A model generated the notes under the pieces. The model was not told the origin of the DNA and made no database searches. It saw only the letters and a program-made list of their open reading frames with translations. Below are positions 4,568 through 6,599 of a stretch of 6,599 bases of DNA, piece after piece (position 1 is the first letter of the stretch; every line of letters starts with the position of its first letter). The translations under genes were made by a program, and so were the position numbers. Location: the IMG/VR virus record IMGVR_UViG_3300028612_002641. One strand, given 5' to 3'. The DNA comes from a virus.

Positions 4568-5688
4568 TGTTCTGGATAGTCACCGGCGCCCCGGGAAGCT
4601 CAAAAACCCTGAACATGATTTCAATGTTCAAAACCGTGAAAGACCGCCCGATATACTTCCACGGCATCGAGCTAACAGAGGAGGGCAGACGCACCCTTAA
4701 CTGGGTAGAACTAAACAAAGACCAGGCCTACGAGTGGCATGAACACGTGCCCCACGGAGGCATATTCATCCTTGACGAAGCACAAAAAATCTTCCCCGTT
4801 AAATCGTCATCATCCCCAGTTCCCCCCGGCTTGACAGAGCTCGAAACACACCGCAAATCCGGACGAGACGTATGGTTCCTCTCACAGCACCCAATGCTCC
4901 TCCACTCCCACGCCCGGAAAATCTGCAACCAGCACTACCACTACTCACGGCCCTTCAACACTGGCAAACCGTACCGCTATCACTCGGGGTCAGGCTTCGT
5001 CGATCCCAACGACAGAAAGGCCCTTAGATTTGAGTGCGTAAAAACGAAAGTCCCCCTGGACACATCAAGCTACCCGCTTTATGTATCGGCTGAAGTCCAC
5101 ACCCACGAAAAGAAAATGCCGGGGAAAATCAAACTGCTCTACATGCTCCCCATAATGGCAGTTCTTTTCGGCTACCTCGGCTTCAAATTCCTCTCCCCCT
5201 CAGACGAAGAACAGACCGACCGAGCCGCGTCAACCGCTGCTACACAGCGAGAAAAACCAGATGGAGGCTTTTTCGCAGTCCCCTCTATTGCACAGCGCGA
5301 ACAGATCTCATGGGCAGAATCTCTACGCCCTGAAATCAACGGCATCCCATACACAGCGCCGCTATACCGCGACGAAGCTACCAAGGTCTCTTCAGTCCCC
5401 CGCATAGCCGCCTGTGTCGCCTCTAAGAAGCGTTGCCAGTGTTTCACCCAGCAGGCCACCCCGATCGCCGGCATCAGCGATCAGGTGTGCCGGCATAACG
5501 TCAAAAATGGCCATTTCGACCACATGTACCCGGAGAACAGAGGAGAAAGAGAGAAGGGCAGGTCCTCGAAAATTCAGGATCATGAAGACCGTCCAGACAC
5601 CCCAGAAACACCCCAAAGCACATCTCTGGCCCGCCTCCAGCGTGCTATCAAAATCACCCAGGAAACCCGGTTTTCCGCCCTCGACTAA
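4567..5688 (+). CDS. Assembly ATPase, pI / Zot (zonular occludens toxin-like) family, 373 aa
   Basis: An N-terminal P-loop GAPGSSKT (residues 7-14) is followed by a Walker B-like GGIFILDEAQ. A single TM helix (LLYMLPIMAVLFGYLGFKFL, about residues 190-209) precedes a C-terminal Cys-containing periplasmic domain. The position after pVI is canonical. Confidence 0.9.
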   Translation: MFWIVTGAPGSSKTLNMISMFKTVKDRPIYFHGIELTEEGRRTLNWVELNKDQAYEWHEHVPHGGIFILDEAQKIFPVKSSSSPVPPGLTELETHRKSGRDVWFLSQHPMLLHSHARKICNQHYHYSRPFNTGKPYRYHSGSGFVDPNDRKALRFECVKTKVPLDTSSYPLYVSAEVHTHEKKMPGKIKLLYMLPIMAVLFGYLGFKFLSPSDEEQTDRAASTAATQREKPDGGFFAVPSIAQREQISWAESLRPEINGIPYTAPLYRDEATKVSSVPRIAACVASKKRCQCFTQQATPIAGISDQVCRHNVKNGHFDHMYPENRGEREKGRSSKIQDHEDRPDTPETPQSTSLARLQRAIKITQETRFSALD

Positions 5689-5740
5689 ACACAACATCTA
5701 GTGCACCTGGTAGCGAGGATCTGCACAAGATGTTGTGTTT
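5687..5740. terminator. Long imperfect hairpin between convergent genes (bidirectional terminator and/or packaging-signal candidate)
   Basis: AAACACAACATCT (5687-5699) pairs with AGATGTTGTGTTT (5728-5740), 13 bp. After one A/A mismatch, GTGCA (5701-5705) pairs with TGCAC (5722-5726). CCT (5706-5708) with AGG (5716-5718) is also possible. The arms abut the stop codons of both convergent genes, and T-runs follow the stem on both strands. Confidence 0.45.
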
Positions 5741-6066
5741 TAGAAATCCATCACGAACTGTGCCGGTTTAGCCCTGAGTCGTTCCAGCTCCCGGCGCAGT
5801 TGCCTCACCGCCCACAAGCTCTTGACGTCTTCCGCCCGATACTCGTTGCCGTCTGGATCTATCAGCAGCGGGCCATCTACGCGCCATCCTTTCCAGCTTT
5901 CGTGATTCGTAGGCAAACGGCCAGCCCTGTGCAGGCTGACCAGTTGAGTTATGTGTGGGGGTGCAATGCCGGTTCTGAGGTATCGACGTATTGTCGATGG
6001 GTGACGGTAGGTGATCCGGGAGAGTTCGTTAACTGAGAGGCCGAAAGCAACATCGTTGAAGGTCAT
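5740..6066 (-). CDS. 108-aa HTH DNA-binding phage regulatory protein (possibly DUF3653-like)
   Basis: The ORF is in the track. An N-terminal HTH-like segment (LSVNELSRITYRHPSTIRRYLRTG) is followed by a W-x-GW-x-x-DG-x-L-x-x-P-DG pattern. It lies 18 nt downstream of the repressor gene on the same strand. No clear SD is present. Confidence 0.6.
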   Translation of the reverse strand: MTFNDVAFGLSVNELSRITYRHPSTIRRYLRTGIAPPHITQLVSLHRAGRLPTNHESWKGWRVDGPLLIDPDGNEYRAEDVKSLWAVRQLRRELERLRAKPAQFVMDF

Positions 6067-6084
6067 TCACACATCACAGCAAGC

Positions 6085-6477
6085 CTAAAACCCCAATCTT
6101 GCCCGCTGCCGACGCAAACCGTCTATTGAACATAATATACAGAGTTTATCCGCTACCTCTGACCAATAGGGGATAGCTATTAAACCAAAAACCGTTGCAG
6201 CAGAGTGCGTTACCGCTTGAAATCGGCGTTTCCAAACCTGCAAGCCCTCCTCGTCGTGCGAGCGTTCTGCTTGCGCGATCTTGCAGATAGCAACAGCCTC
6301 CGCCGGGTCCATCCCGATCACCTCAGCAATCGTCCAGGCGTTTTCAACACTGAGGCTCCCGCCGTGCTTAACCGCCGAAATAGCACCCCTTGTAAGCCCT
6401 AGCTCCTTCGCTACTGCGTTGTCGCTCCTAAGCCCTTTTTTCTGCTTGTACTGCTCAATCAGGTTGTATGGCTTCAT
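6085..6477 (-). CDS. XRE/Cro-CI-type HTH repressor, 130 aa
   Basis: The ATG at 6477-6475 follows GAGGAG (complement of 6484-6489) with a 6-nt spacer. The HTH reads NAVAKELGLTRGAISAVKHGG. The gene is divergent from the structural operon and adjacent to the repeated operator 9-mers. Confidence 0.8.
   Translation of the reverse strand: MKPYNLIEQYKQKKGLRSDNAVAKELGLTRGAISAVKHGGSLSVENAWTIAEVIGMDPAEAVAICKIAQAERSHDEEGLQVWKRRFQAVTHSAATVFGLIAIPYWSEVADKLCILCSIDGLRRQRARLGF
6125..6156 (-). other. dif-like candidate XerCD recombination site (attP) inside the repressor 3' end
   Basis: The minus strand reads GTAGCGGATAA-ACTC-TGTATA-TTATGTTCAAT. TGTATATTATGTTCAAT matches the E. coli dif central region plus XerD arm (TGTATA TTATGTTAAAT) at 16/17. 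The 11 nt immediately adjacent do not resemble the XerC arm. A XerC-arm-like 11-mer (8/11 to GGTGCGCATAA) lies 4 nt further out. Confidence 0.6.
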
Positions 6478-6599
6478 TTCTGGCTCCTCAGCGTTTGTCT
6501 AATGATGCTTGACAACCGCAAAACCCTCAATGTCTAATGCCGATATACATGTCAAGTCTCATTAGACATACGGAAGTCAACTCGACCACTTCCAAGGGG
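6456..6599. repeat. Terminal redundancy (exact copy of 1-144), most likely the overlap of a circular assembly
   Basis: Comparing the two ends base by base shows 144 identical nt. The repeat spans the 5' end of the repressor gene and the control region, so it is a permutation artefact and not a biological LTR. Confidence 0.95.

Larger units (their letters stand above)
1..6455. mobile_element. Complete circular genome of a filamentous ssDNA phage (Inoviridae-like), 6455-bp unit
   Basis: Bases 1-144 are identical to 6456-6599, so the sequence closes into a 6455-bp circle. The + strand gene order is Rep, small ssDNA-binding protein, small hydrophobic proteins, a 42-aa coat protein plus terminator, a large secreted adsorption protein, a multi-TM 100-aa protein and a Zot/pI P-loop ATPase, with divergent HTH regulators. 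Size and order are typical of an inovirus. Confidence 0.85.

Noticed and set aside
5172-5701. ORFs 5172..5474 (-), 5392..5697 (-) and 5414..5701 (+), overlapping the pI C-terminal region
   Set aside because: They are embedded entirely in the pI/Zot ORF, have no SD motifs and give Arg/Ser/Pro-rich products typical of off-frame translation.
5701-6036. ORF 5701..6036 (+), antisense to the 108-aa HTH gene
   Set aside because: It starts inside the terminator hairpin loop and has no SD. The opposite-strand ORF has a clear HTH and operon context.
5740-6477. The two minus-strand genes as a toxin-antitoxin pair (XRE antitoxin plus small partner)
   Set aside because: Both proteins carry HTH-like segments and neither resembles known toxin folds by eye. 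The gene order and adjacent operators fit a phage immunity module better.

Overview
The window is a complete, circularly permuted genome of a small filamentous ssDNA phage (inovirus-like). Bases 1-144 recur exactly at 6456-6599, so the unique circle is 6455 bp. The + strand carries the canonical inovirus layout. An operator-rich promoter region is followed by two short, translationally coupled early ORFs and a roughly 400-nt C-rich, G-poor tract. Then come the rolling-circle Rep, a GC-rich palindrome, a small ssDNA-binding protein and two small hydrophobic proteins. A leaderless 42-aa major coat protein with a strong intrinsic terminator follows. The module ends with a 481-aa Cys-rich adsorption protein (pIII-like) carrying Asp-rich calcium-binding-type repeats, a pVI-like membrane protein and a Zot/pI-type assembly ATPase. 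Two HTH regulators, an XRE-type repressor and a 108-aa HTH protein, are read leftward from the same control region. No secretin, integrase or transposase is encoded. The most notable find is a 16/17 match to the central region plus XerD arm of bacterial dif, embedded in-frame in the 3' end of the repressor gene. Its single deviation from consensus is exactly the base that would otherwise create a stop codon. This suggests XerCD-mediated integration that would also truncate the repressor. Other points are a compositionally foreign rep cassette, a candidate pX-like internal start, the unusual pyrimidine tract upstream of rep, and long hairpins that may serve as origin or packaging signals. All family assignments come from reading motifs by eye. 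No database search was possible.
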